A DNA stretch of 64,000 bases from Candidatus Hadarchaeum sp. (GTDB lineage Archaea > Hadarchaeota > Hadarchaeia > Hadarchaeales > Hadarchaeaceae): the NCBI RefSeq assembly GCF_038871235.1, contig NZ_JAVZIN010000005.1, forward strand, positions 32,001-96,000. Reading direction: 5' to 3'. Under the pieces are notes generated by a model, which was not told the DNA's origin, ran no database searches, and saw only the letters and a list, made by a program, of their open reading frames with translations. Positions 8,519 through 17,910 of this stretch are shown here, piece after piece (position 1 is the stretch's first letter; every line of letters begins with the position of its first letter). A program made the translations under genes and the position numbers.

Positions 8519-10120
8519 ATGGTGTCGGAGTTCAGAATAGAAAAGCTACGGCACAACGGAGTCATAATCCCTACCTATGAGCCAATGGGCTTCTCCATTA
8601 GGTTGCGGGGAAAGACAATAAAGCTGAGCCCGGAACAGGAGGAAATGGCTGTGGCTTGGGTCAAAAAACTTGGAACTGACTACGTGAAAGATCCCGTTTT
8701 TGCGAAAAACTTCGGCACCGATTTCTCGAAAGCACTAGGCCTTGAGGAGCCGGTGCCCATCGAGGAGTTCGATTTCTCGGAGATCATCAAGTGGGTCGAA
8801 AGTGAAAAAGCAAAAAAGGAAAACATGAGCCGTGAAGAAAAGAAGAAGCTCGCGGAAGCCAAAAAGAAAGCCCGGGAGGAAAACAAACTGAAGTATGGTT
8901 ACGCTGAAGTAAATGGACAGCAGGTGGAGATCGCCAACTACACCGTGGAGCCACCCTGTATATTCATGGGGCGTGGCTCGCACCCGCTACGAGGGAGATG
9001 GAAACCGAGAGTGAATTATGAGGACATTATCCTCAATCTCTCGGAAGATGCACCCACGCCACCGACACCAGTAGGGCACAGCTGGGGTGGCAGGGTCTTC
9101 GAGCCCGAATCTCTATGGATAGCCAAGTGGAGAGATAAACTGACTGGTGAACTGAAATACGTCTGGGTGGCTGACAGCGCCTTTTTCAAACAAGAACGCG
9201 AGAAGGACAAATTTGACAAGGCTAACGAACTTGAAAAAATCATAGACAAGGTTCGAACCCACATAAATGAAAACCTCAATTCAGAGGACGTCATGCGCCG
9301 CAAGATAGCCACGGTTGCCTACCTCATCGACACTTTGAAGATGAGGGTGGGTGACGAAAAGGACGAGGATGAAGCAGATACTGTTGGAGCCACAACTCTA
9401 CGAGGCTGTCATGTACAGTTCGAAGACTCGGACACGGTAAAATTCGATTTTTTAGGAAAGGACGCCGTGAGATGGACGAAGAGCCTCAAGCCACCAGCCG
9501 TCGTAATCCGGAACCTGAAATCCTTCATCAACGGACCTGACAAGCCAATTTTTGAAGGCATTCGCTCGGAGATGGTAAATGATTTTCTAGGCGAAGTTGC
9601 TCCTTGGTTAACGGCAAAAGTTTTCCGAACCTACCACGCCACCAAGGTAGTCAGAGAATTCCTTAGCAAGAGCAAGGTGAAACCAGAGGATCCTGAATTC
9701 AAAAAGAAATATGTGGCCACCATGGCAAACCTTGAAGCTGCGATTACCTGTAACCACAAGAGGAAGCTTCCGAAAAACTGGGAGATCTCGTTAGAAAAAA
9801 AGAAGGAGAGAGTAAAAGCACTTGAGGCAAAGCTTGAAGAAGTCATGAAAAAACCAAAAACGCCAGCACGAGAAAGACAGATGAAAAAACTAAAGGAGAA
9901 GATAAAGGAAGCCAAATTAAAAGTTGAACTCGCAACTGCCACAAGAGACTACAACTTGGGAACCTCCCTCAAAAGCTACATCGATCCGCGGGCTTTTGTT
10001 AACTGGGCTAAAAAGGTTTCTTACGATTGGAGAAAATACTATCCCAAGACACTGCAGCGGAAATATGCTTGGGTTGACGAGAGAGAGGAGAAATTCCCCA
10101 CCAGACAGACGGGTGATTGA
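8519..10120 (+). CDS. DNA topoisomerase IB (eukaryote-like, archaeal form)
   Basis: EPPCIFMGRGSHPLRG, MRVGDEK, DTVG, FDFLGKD, LTAKVFRTY, CNHKR, LGTSLKSYIDPR: the complete R-K-R-H-Y catalytic set. Confidence 0.95.
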   Translation: MVSEFRIEKLRHNGVIIPTYEPMGFSIRLRGKTIKLSPEQEEMAVAWVKKLGTDYVKDPVFAKNFGTDFSKALGLEEPVPIEEFDFSEIIKWVESEKAKKENMSREEKKKLAEAKKKAREENKLKYGYAEVNGQQVEIANYTVEPPCIFMGRGSHPLRGRWKPRVNYEDIILNLSEDAPTPPTPVGHSWGGRVFEPESLWIAKWRDKLTGELKYVWVADSAFFKQEREKDKFDKANELEKIIDKVRTHINENLNSEDVMRRKIATVAYLIDTLKMRVGDEKDEDEADTVGATTLRGCHVQFEDSDTVKFDFLGKDAVRWTKSLKPPAVVIRNLKSFINGPDKPIFEGIRSEMVNDFLGEVAPWLTAKVFRTYHATKVVREFLSKSKVKPEDPEFKKKYVATMANLEAAITCNHKRKLPKNWEISLEKKKERVKALEAKLEEVMKKPKTPARERQMKKLKEKIKEAKLKVELATATRDYNLGTSLKSYIDPRAFVNWAKKVSYDWRKYYPKTLQRKYAWVDEREEKFPTRQTGD

Positions 10121-10130
10121 AGTTCCCAAG

Positions 10131-10655
10131 TTAACCTTGGAACTCCTCAAATCCGACTATCTGATTCAAGCGCTTCTTTTTACGGACCAGATGAAGTAGC
10201 TTTGCCATCAGATCGAACTTTTTGCGGGGATATCCCAACGCCAAAAGTGCAATCACCTTATAGTGATCCGGGATTCCTAAAATATCCTTAACCAAGTCCT
10301 CATCAAAGCTGCCCACCCAGCAGGTCCCCAGCCCCTCCGCCGTGGCCGCTATGACCATATTTTGCATCGCAATGGAAACGTCAACCACATGCCATTTTGG
10401 TGAGGACTTGGTATCGCCGCAGCCAACTATCACAACAGGTGCTTCCTTGAGAAAACCGGCAAACCTGCCGCTTTTGGCGATCTTTTCCCTCTTCTCGGCA
10501 TCGGTGACTACGATGAAGTACCAAGGCTGAACATTTTTCGCCGAAGGGGCTAAACGTGCCGCTTCAAGGATTTTCTCAATTTTATCCTTTGGGACCGGTA
10601 CCTTCTCGTAGGCCCGAATTGACCTACGCACCCGGATGGCCTCAAAAACCTCCAT
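10131..10655 (-). CDS. Nitroreductase family protein
   Basis: RRSIRAY, APSAKNVQPW, GLGTCWVG, LGYP. Confidence 0.92.
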   Translation of the reverse strand: MEVFEAIRVRRSIRAYEKVPVPKDKIEKILEAARLAPSAKNVQPWYFIVVTDAEKREKIAKSGRFAGFLKEAPVVIVGCGDTKSSPKWHVVDVSIAMQNMVIAATAEGLGTCWVGSFDEDLVKDILGIPDHYKVIALLALGYPRKKFDLMAKLLHLVRKKKRLNQIVGFEEFQG

Positions 10656-10854
10656 TTTTGCCCCAATTCTGAATAAATTCTTGCTCTTAATTTTATTGTT
10701 GGTGTCGTGATAAATTTCAGCAACATGAATTCAAGTGATACTTCTTCCACCAAGTTATGGAACTCGTCCACTTCCCCAGGTAACCCGTTACCGGAAAAAT
10801 AGTGAAGTCACAATTAATCCTTTTAGAACATCTAACTAGATTAACTTTGATTAC

Positions 10855-11220
10855 ATGGGGGCCTTAGACTATCTAGCCATGGCTGTTCTCGCTGCCATTT
10901 TCATCGGCTTTGGCTTTGCCATGTATTTCAATTATCAGCAGGGCGCTGCCGAGAGGGAATTTGAATTCCAAGCCCAAACTCTGGCCGAGCGAATCAGAGC
11001 CATGGCATCTCAAGATGTCGGGGCAACTGAATATATGGAAATTTTCGTTCCGGCAGGATGTGAACTCGCATTCCATGACAACTCAGTGACAATAAAAATT
11101 GGCAGCAATTCAAGGAGTTTTCCTGTAGGAATCCAAGTCAGCGGGGTCGAATACAGCGGGCAAAAATTAAACCTTATCATCCGCCGTTCTGAGGATGGAG
11201 TATATGTCAGTACAAGCTGA
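10855..11220 (+). CDS. Hypothetical pilin-like membrane-anchored protein
   Basis: Hydrophobic N-terminus (GALDYLAMAVLAAIF), then an amphipathic helix and a beta-rich C-terminus. Confidence 0.55.
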   Translation: MGALDYLAMAVLAAIFIGFGFAMYFNYQQGAAEREFEFQAQTLAERIRAMASQDVGATEYMEIFVPAGCELAFHDNSVTIKIGSNSRSFPVGIQVSGVEYSGQKLNLIIRRSEDGVYVSTS

Positions 11221-12250
11221 TGAAAAAGGCGCCCACAATCTGCCCCTGATAATATTATTTGGTTCTACTCTAGCCATGCTGTTCGCCATTTTGTTCATCT
11301 CCGTGTATGATCAGCAGCTTAATGCCTTGGTCGATCAGCAGGCTGAATCACTTGTGGATGAACTCGCCAAGACTGCCTTTAACTCAACATCCGGGGGGCT
11401 GTACTACATGGACCTACCGAAGGACCTAGGTGGCAGCACCTACTCCATCAACGTAAAGGATAACAGCATTTTTGTGGTGAACATCCTGTCGGGCAGAAGA
11501 GCGGGGGTCTCTTATTCAGCCTTGGTTAACTCCACCATCACTGTGGAGGACGAAAACTTCTTACCCGGAGGCCGAATCTTTTTCATGTTCAACGGAAATA
11601 CCATCATCATCAGCGCCTCACCCATAACAGCAAGTCCGGATAAAATGATCCGCGTTTCAGCCACAGAACCGCCACAGTTCTACCACTTCTCCAAAAAGTC
11701 ACCCAAAGAAGCCGCCGCAATCGTTGCCGCTTATTTTAACACGGAGGAACACTACCCTGAAGAAAATTTGGCCGTTCTAGCCTACACTTGGGAAAGTGAA
11801 AGCTCCATTCTGGTAAAGATAAGAAAAGATGCCGAAGATATCATCATGCGCGTCACCGGCAGTGAAAACCTGACCAAGATTGGAGCGATCGAAAACTGGT
11901 GGGTCGTTGTGTCTCTGGAAGTCGCCGCAATTGATGACAACTTTAATTGGATGGCCTGCCCATCGCTAGAGAACGCTTATCTAACTGGATGGTTGCACGC
12001 TCCCGAAGCAGTTCTCAAACATCTCAGATCTAGAACATGGAGTCGTGTAAGCGACAACTTAATCGTGGTCGTGCCATCAGACGCCAAAATTCAGGCCTCC
12101 GCAGTAACGACAAAGGTATCAACTTACCCTGCTTGGAGAGTTCAGTTCGGAGATTATGTTATCTTTTACCAGATGCTTCCCTGGTGGGAAATGGAAAACA
12201 CTGCCGGGTTTGTCTTCCAATCGTCACCCGAGCTTAAACCGCTCACATGA
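11204..12250 (+). CDS. Hypothetical protein with possible class III (pilin-type) signal peptide
   Basis: DEKG/AHNLPLIILFG followed by a hydrophobic helix; LPKDLGGSTYSI pilin-like segment; overlaps the upstream gene. Confidence 0.55.
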   Translation: MSVQADEKGAHNLPLIILFGSTLAMLFAILFISVYDQQLNALVDQQAESLVDELAKTAFNSTSGGLYYMDLPKDLGGSTYSINVKDNSIFVVNILSGRRAGVSYSALVNSTITVEDENFLPGGRIFFMFNGNTIIISASPITASPDKMIRVSATEPPQFYHFSKKSPKEAAAIVAAYFNTEEHYPEENLAVLAYTWESESSILVKIRKDAEDIIMRVTGSENLTKIGAIENWWVVVSLEVAAIDDNFNWMACPSLENAYLTGWLHAPEAVLKHLRSRTWSRVSDNLIVVVPSDAKIQASAVTTKVSTYPAWRVQFGDYVIFYQMLPWWEMENTAGFVFQSSPELKPLT

Positions 12251-12252
12251 CT

Positions 12253-13503
12253 TCAAGAATACAACACTACTTCCACTTCTTGCCCGGCCTCGAGTCTTTC
12301 CACATTTTCCGGCACCATTATAAAACCGTCTGCTCTGGTCATTGAGCTGAAAGCACTAGAGCCAGTTATCGCTATCGGCTCGGCTAAAATTGCCCTCTGC
12401 TCCCGCCTCAAACAGACTCTCACCACCTCAAGCCTGCCCAAAGCAGAACTAATCTTGCGCGCCAGCTTGGCCCGGACACGGCAACGACCAAAATCGGGAG
12501 GTAGACGCTGCATTGCCAAAAGGGCTGGTCTGACCAGAAGCTCAAACCCCACCAGTGCCGCTGCCGGGAACCCTGAGAGGGCAAAAACTGGTTTTCCTCC
12601 AACTATCCCAAAACCCGAGGGGCTCCCTGGCCTGGTCGCCACCCCGTGGAAGAGTAACTCACCGATTTCGGCTATTGCGTCGGGAACCAAATCCTTTTCC
12701 CCAACGGAGCTGCCACCGGAAACAATAACCATGTCGTATACAGCCGCCTTACGCAGAGTTCGCTTGATGACTTCGAAATCGTCCGGAGCGATTCCTAAGA
12801 TTTTCGGTAGCCCACCGCAACTTTGAACACAGGCCGAGAGTGAATGGGCGTTTGCGTTAACCAACTTCGCTGGAGGCGGTTTTTCGCCGGGCTCCACCAA
12901 TTCACTGCCTGTGGCTAATATCCCAACAACAGGTTTTCTGACCACTTCTATCCTTAACTTGCCTATCGCCGCCAACATTCCTATCTCCTGAGGGCGGAGC
13001 AACTGGCCTTTTTTCAAGGCAATCTCGCCGGCACGGACGTCCTCACCCATGGCTGAGACATTCTTGCCTGGGGTGACTGAAACGAACACCTTAAGTCTAT
13101 TGCCATCCAGCTTGGTATTCTCGACCATCACCGCTGCGTCGGACCCCAAAGGCATCACGGCACCGGTCATTATCTTTGCCGCTTCACCTTTTTTCAAACG
13201 AAGCTTGGGCTGAAAGCCGATCTCAACGGAACCCACCACGCGCAGTTCCACCGGTCTCTGCACGCTGGCCCCGAAGGTATCGCTTGCCCTGACAGCGTAA
13301 CCATCAACGGCGGAGCGGTCGAACGGAGGAACATTAACCTCAGAAACCACGTCCTCAGCAAGAACTCGGCCCAGACCTTTTTCTAATGACACGCTTTCTG
13401 AGTCCAGCGGTTTTATCTTAGAGAATATTATCTTAAGCGCCTCGGAAAGCCTCGTGTACTGGGAGAAGCCGCGCATTCTGACTGACATCTCATTCACGCG
13501 CAT
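12253..13503 (-). CDS. moeA: Molybdopterin molybdotransferase
   Basis: GRVLAED, PPFDRSAVDGYAV, IMTGA, TGSEL, SGGSSVGEKD. Confidence 0.95.
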   Translation of the reverse strand: MRVNEMSVRMRGFSQYTRLSEALKIIFSKIKPLDSESVSLEKGLGRVLAEDVVSEVNVPPFDRSAVDGYAVRASDTFGASVQRPVELRVVGSVEIGFQPKLRLKKGEAAKIMTGAVMPLGSDAAVMVENTKLDGNRLKVFVSVTPGKNVSAMGEDVRAGEIALKKGQLLRPQEIGMLAAIGKLRIEVVRKPVVGILATGSELVEPGEKPPPAKLVNANAHSLSACVQSCGGLPKILGIAPDDFEVIKRTLRKAAVYDMVIVSGGSSVGEKDLVPDAIAEIGELLFHGVATRPGSPSGFGIVGGKPVFALSGFPAAALVGFELLVRPALLAMQRLPPDFGRCRVRAKLARKISSALGRLEVVRVCLRREQRAILAEPIAITGSSAFSSMTRADGFIMVPENVERLEAGQEVEVVLYS

Positions 13504-14005
13504 GCTTGACGATGTGCCCCAGTTCAGGAAGGATCAAACTCATGCCGGTTTCGACGGCATTAGGGGCTCCGGGAAGGCAAAAAACTGGCTTGCCTTTGAT
13601 TATGCCTGCAGACGCTCGAGTCAGTAAAGCGGGTGTCCCCACCATATCATAACCGACCCGGCGAAGAATCTCTCCGAAACCTGGGAGCTCCTTCTCATAG
13701 AGCGGGGTTATCGTCTCTATTGTGACGTCTCTCCTAGCGATGCCCGTCCCACCGGTGATTATTATTGCATTGATTCTGTCATCCTTTAAAAATTCCTTCA
13801 CCGCTCGGCGAATCTTCGTCTTTTCATCAGGGACTATCATCCTCAGCGCTTCATGACCGGACTCCCGAGCTTTCTGGACGATGATCTTTCCAGAAACATC
13901 TTCATCCAGTCCTTTCTCCATCGCTGCCGACCTCGTGTCGCTGACCACAAGCACGGCGATCCTGAGCTTTTTCGGTGCTTTTTTTCTGTGTTCCTCAAAA
14001 CTCAA
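13490..14005 (-). CDS. moaB: Molybdopterin adenylyltransferase MoaB/MogA
   Basis: VVSD, D.SG, ITGGTGIARRDVT, LPGFGE, LPGAPNA. Confidence 0.92.
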   Translation of the reverse strand: MSFEEHRKKAPKKLRIAVLVVSDTRSAAMEKGLDEDVSGKIIVQKARESGHEALRMIVPDEKTKIRRAVKEFLKDDRINAIIITGGTGIARRDVTIETITPLYEKELPGFGEILRRVGYDMVGTPALLTRASAGIIKGKPVFCLPGAPNAVETGMSLILPELGHIVKHARE

Positions 14006-14436
14006 CTTTTCACCTTCTTAACCACGCGAATCTCTTCTATAGCTGTGGTTGGATATTGACCCGCCTCATCTTTTTCCAACCCTTTCACCATATCCCAGAT
14101 AGCTAGAAGCGCTCCGGCCACCCCAGCTAAAGCCTCCATTTCAACTCCAGTCTGCCCGACGCTTCTTACCTCCACCTCGGCACGGACGCCGTTGTCTTCA
14201 ATCTTGAGGTCAACATCAACACCTGTGATCGGGATGGGGTGGGTAAGAGGAATCATATCGGTTGTCCTCTTCACAGCCATTATCGCCGCCGTCTGCGCCA
14301 CCGCAAAAACATCTCCCTTTGGTACTTCCTTTGATCGTATTTTTTTCAGGGTTTCTTTCTTAAGACGGATGAAGCCGCTGGCACGAGACATTCGAAACTC
14401 CTTCTTTTTCCCCCCAATGTCGACCATATGGACCAT
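14002..14436 (-). CDS. moaC: Cyclic pyranopterin monophosphate synthase
   Basis: MVDI, KGDV, IPLTHPI, TGVEMEAL, IWDMVK. Confidence 0.95.
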   Translation of the reverse strand: MVHMVDIGGKKKEFRMSRASGFIRLKKETLKKIRSKEVPKGDVFAVAQTAAIMAVKRTTDMIPLTHPIPITGVDVDLKIEDNGVRAEVEVRSVGQTGVEMEALAGVAGALLAIWDMVKGLEKDEAGQYPTTAIEEIRVVKKVKS

Positions 14437-14525
14437 GATATCACTTTAGAAAAATCGCTGTAGCGAAATATAAGTTTGGGTGGAGATATAATTGGCCTAA
14501 AACCGGCCACAACTCTGATGTGTCG

Positions 14526-14807
14526 CTAGTAATACATGGGGCTGATGTGGCGCTCCTCAACCGGCATCCAAATGAAGGTTCTCCCCATCTTTTCGCGCCT
14601 GACTCTTCCCGAACACTCCAAATGCTTCAGTACTTGATTGACCTCCCTGACCTTCCAGTTTAAGGCCTTGGCAATATCGGCCGAGTTGTACAGTCCGAAT
14701 CTCCTGACGACAAACTCCACCACGCTTCTCTTTATCTCCATGGTTAGATCTTCCTCGCTCTCGAAATCGTCTTCCTCTTCCTCAACGTAGATTGGGGCCT
14801 CCCTCAT
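14526..14807 (-). CDS. Small winged-helix protein with acidic N-terminus
   Basis: SADIAKALNWKVREVNQVLKHLECSGRV wHTH pattern. Confidence 0.65.
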   Translation of the reverse strand: MREAPIYVEEEEDDFESEEDLTMEIKRSVVEFVVRRFGLYNSADIAKALNWKVREVNQVLKHLECSGRVRREKMGRTFIWMPVEERHISPMYY

Positions 14808-14826
14808 TTAAATCACCAATAACAAT

Positions 14827-15249
14827 TCAGCTAGTCTTTAATTTAAACTGCGCCTCTGTGACCAAATCTTCAAAAACCTCCTCGGACAAAACCTCTCCCA
14901 ACCCAATGCCAGGACAATCATCAGCAAAATTGAAAATATATTTGTTATCCTTCTTACAAACTGAAAAGGGATAAAAGCGACAAACCAAAGGACGAATATC
15001 ATAAATTCTGCAAGCTTTACCATCCAAAAAAAGGCATTTACCTCCCCTCTTTTTCATCTTGTATTGATAAGCTCCTTTATTTGAAATCGGTGTCGCGAAA
15101 GCGAGAGGACTCAAACCAGTTTTTTCGGAGATCTCCTCGACCTCACTTTTGGTCAGAAGCAGGTTTCTGCCGCGATGCGATGTGTCGCCGCAGCATCTGG
15201 CACATCGCTGGCACTCAAAGCGCATATTTTTCGGCACGAGAAGATTCAT
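14827..15249 (-). CDS. YkgJ-family (CxxCxxCC) cysteine-cluster protein
   Basis: FECQRCARCC, CLFL...CRIYDIRPLVCRFYPF, CPGIG. Start trimmed to ATG 15249. Confidence 0.88.
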   Translation of the reverse strand: MNLLVPKNMRFECQRCARCCGDTSHRGRNLLLTKSEVEEISEKTGLSPLAFATPISNKGAYQYKMKKRGGKCLFLDGKACRIYDIRPLVCRFYPFSVCKKDNKYIFNFADDCPGIGLGEVLSEEVFEDLVTEAQFKLKTS

Positions 15250-15436
15250 GGTTAAAACTCTCGAAACATAAGATATAACTTTTTCGCTTTTGATCAAATT
15301 TAAAACCAAATTTTTACGCCGCTTGTGGAAACAAACAGGCCCACGTCTGCCTAAAATTGAAAAAACTTTAGTCTTCAAAAATGACCAATTTAAAGGAAGC
15401 GACCGGTGCAATAAACTAAAAAACGTTTGGAGATAA

Positions 15437-16738
15437 TTGGTATCAATGTTCTTAAAAAGAATTTTCAGCAGGCCTCCATCGCCTGAACCCATGGTGGAAA
15501 GATTAACCGTGGATTCTCTGCGAAAACGAGTGATAGTTTTGAAGGAGGAAAAAATTAAAAAAAGTAGGCCAGAATTGGGCGCCCTAGTGCAGGAGACTAA
15601 CAAAGAATGTGCCGCTCTCTCTGAAAGCCTGAAAGAGCTTCATAGATCAGACCCGGACGAGGCGGTTCATTATGGTCTCGTGAAAACAGCGATTGAGGCC
15701 AGAAAGCTTTTTTACGAGAAGATTTCGCGAGCCATCACCATCATGGAGTGCGCACAGGAACTCACGGGGGCTTCTATTCCGAAGATAAATGAAAGATTTT
15801 CTAAAGCCACTAGCATCATCGGCGACGCTATGAAAGCACACGGACGCTATGTGAGGGCGGTATTCGTAAAAAAATATTCTGAGTTTGAGTTCCACTTGCG
15901 CAAACTGTACGAACTAGTCACGCAAACTCAATCGATTCTCAACAGGATTATCGGCGAAATGAAAGCTTTAGATGATCTCATTTCGGAAATTTCAGCCTAT
16001 CAGCAGATACAGCTGGAGATGGAGAAAATTAAGGAAAACATCGCTTCTTTGCAAGACAACAGCAGAAAGATTGATGCCGAAATCAATGAAGCAGTTTCTC
16101 AACTCGCTCGACTTAAGGGAAGTCCAGAATTTAAAAAGATAACTGAATCGGCTGAAGAACTTGAGAGAACTAGGCACGAAATAAACAGAGAAAAGGAAAC
16201 GGCAACAAGCTTAATCTCTGAGTTGAACCGGCCGTTTCGAAAACTGGAAAAAATCTTAGACGCCGGTGAATATCAAATGGGCCCAGAGACTCGAAGGATT
16301 CTAGAAATTTGTATATATGAACCCACAGAGTTGATTTCCTCCGATGAGAAGCTAACCCTTTTTGAGAAACTTCTCCACGAAACAACTAACCTCGCCAACT
16401 CCGGTAAGATAGATCTAGATAAGCGAGAAAGAAAAAACTTAGAGATCGCAACACGTTTTCTACCGTCGAGGCTGAAGAACATCAAAAATAATTTAGCCAC
16501 TTTGGTGGAAAATGCTGAAACCAAGAAAAAGGAATCTGAAAGCCCTGTATTCGATCAAGCCGGCAAACTGGAAAACTTGATAAAAAAGCTTGAGGAGGAG
16601 CGCAAGGAGGCTCAAAACACTGTCGATGAACTCAAAAACAGGGTTAAATTGAAGGAAGAAGAACTGGTTTCCAGAAAGAACAACTTGCAGAAGCTTGCCA
16701 GCGAAGTCCTAGGAACAAGAGTGGAAATCACTTTTTAA
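15437..16738 (+). CDS. Hypothetical long coiled-coil protein
   Basis: 433 aa E/K/L-rich heptad-like ORF with no catalytic motif seen. Confidence 0.7.
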   Translation: MVSMFLKRIFSRPPSPEPMVERLTVDSLRKRVIVLKEEKIKKSRPELGALVQETNKECAALSESLKELHRSDPDEAVHYGLVKTAIEARKLFYEKISRAITIMECAQELTGASIPKINERFSKATSIIGDAMKAHGRYVRAVFVKKYSEFEFHLRKLYELVTQTQSILNRIIGEMKALDDLISEISAYQQIQLEMEKIKENIASLQDNSRKIDAEINEAVSQLARLKGSPEFKKITESAEELERTRHEINREKETATSLISELNRPFRKLEKILDAGEYQMGPETRRILEICIYEPTELISSDEKLTLFEKLLHETTNLANSGKIDLDKRERKNLEIATRFLPSRLKNIKNNLATLVENAETKKKESESPVFDQAGKLENLIKKLEEERKEAQNTVDELKNRVKLKEEELVSRKNNLQKLASEVLGTRVEITF

Positions 16739-16895
16739 AATCCGTGTACCCGCATTTGCCGCAGGACCATCGGTTTTTGTGGTCCGCCATGAACACTCCT
16801 GGACCACAACGGGGACACTGAGGTCTCTGACGCTTCAAGGTTTTTCCATTCAGTTTGTATAGCCTCGACTTCGATGCTTTAACCTTCTCGGCCAT
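16728..16895 (-). CDS. rps27ae: 30S ribosomal protein S27ae
   Basis: Not in the ORF track. Manual translation: [55 protein letters not shown]. Follows S24e. Confidence 0.95.
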   Translation of the reverse strand: MAEKVKASKSRLYKLNGKTLKRQRPQCPRCGPGVFMADHKNRWSCGKCGYTDFKK

Positions 16896-16897
16896 AT

Positions 16898-17254
16898 TTA
16901 TCCTTCTCCTTTACTTGATTCGCTCTTAGTTGGAGGCGCCTTCTTCTCCGGCTTCGCCTCAGCGGCTTTTTCCTCCTTAGGCACGCCGCGTTTAAACAGA
17001 TACTCGGGCTCCATAGACTCCAGCTGCTCACGTGTGCTGTAGACACGAGCCACCCCAGTTGCCACCTGACGACCATGTGAGCTAGTGAACCGCTCAACCA
17101 CCAGAAGTTCCTCAGATGTTCCCAGAATTGATGCCAGCTGAGGCTTGACTTCAAGTCGGCTGGGAGTCGGGGCCCCCGAATGATCTATCCTAAACTCGAC
17201 CTCGACCCTCTTAAGCAATGGATTTTCTGTCCTTTTGATCACTTCAATCTTCAC
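16898..17254 (-). CDS. rps24e: 30S ribosomal protein S24e
   Basis: [28 protein letters not shown]. Confidence 0.95.
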   Translation of the reverse strand: MKIEVIKRTENPLLKRVEVEFRIDHSGAPTPSRLEVKPQLASILGTSEELLVVERFTSSHGRQVATGVARVYSTREQLESMEPEYLFKRGVPKEEKAAEAKPEKKAPPTKSESSKGEG

Positions 17255-17336
17255 TTTTATCCCCTTCTCAATAGAACTATACCAAAATAAACCCCACGTT
17301 TTAAATTATTTGGGTTGGGTAAGATCGCCGGTTGTA

Positions 17337-17852
17337 TCATCCCTCAAATTGGCTCAGGATCTCCCGAAATTCTTGGCGCTTTTTTTCATCGACCTCGATC
17401 AAAACGACTCCTTGTCTTGGCTGTCCGTACACCACAACCGACCCATCCTGTGAGGTGAGCACCGCCGGGATTGTGGCAAGATCCTCTTCACCCTCCACGA
17501 TGATCTTTGTGGGCGGTTTTGCCGACTCCACCGCTTTCCAGAGCTCCGGAGATATCGAGGCGGCAGGGTTCCTAACCTGAATAACTTTGGCTTCAAAGGA
17601 TTCTAATGTTGACTTAATCTCCTCACCAGCCGGAGTTCTCATGATAACTAAATCTATCACAGCGATGTCGGGTTTAAACCCGGCAATGAGAAAGCCATAG
17701 GTTACCATATCGCCGACCGTGATCAACCTGTTGGGCCTGATTCTACGAAGACGATCAAAAACATCGTCTAGGTTGGTATACAGTATGCCCAATGGTCGCT
17801 GAAGCCTTGGACGCAGACTTTCCGGCAGCTTCAGTATTCTATTTTCAAGCAT
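17337..17852 (-). CDS. GTP-dependent dephospho-CoA kinase (DUF359)
   Basis: LRPRLQRPLG, TVGDMVT, NPAASI, VEGEEDLA, YGQP; conserved position before S24e. Confidence 0.9.
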   Translation of the reverse strand: MLENRILKLPESLRPRLQRPLGILYTNLDDVFDRLRRIRPNRLITVGDMVTYGFLIAGFKPDIAVIDLVIMRTPAGEEIKSTLESFEAKVIQVRNPAASISPELWKAVESAKPPTKIIVEGEEDLATIPAVLTSQDGSVVVYGQPRQGVVLIEVDEKKRQEFREILSQFEG

Positions 17853-17910
17853 GCGTATCAGCATCGTTGGATTTATAACCTCAATTAAATACATCGTTTG
17901 AGCTGAATAA

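Noticed and set aside
14827-15603. 258-aa long version of the YkgJ ORF, and similar N-terminal over-extensions (5276, 18074, 48687, 55712)
   Set aside because: The extensions overlap neighbouring genes or promoters and lack homology-like features, so starts were trimmed.
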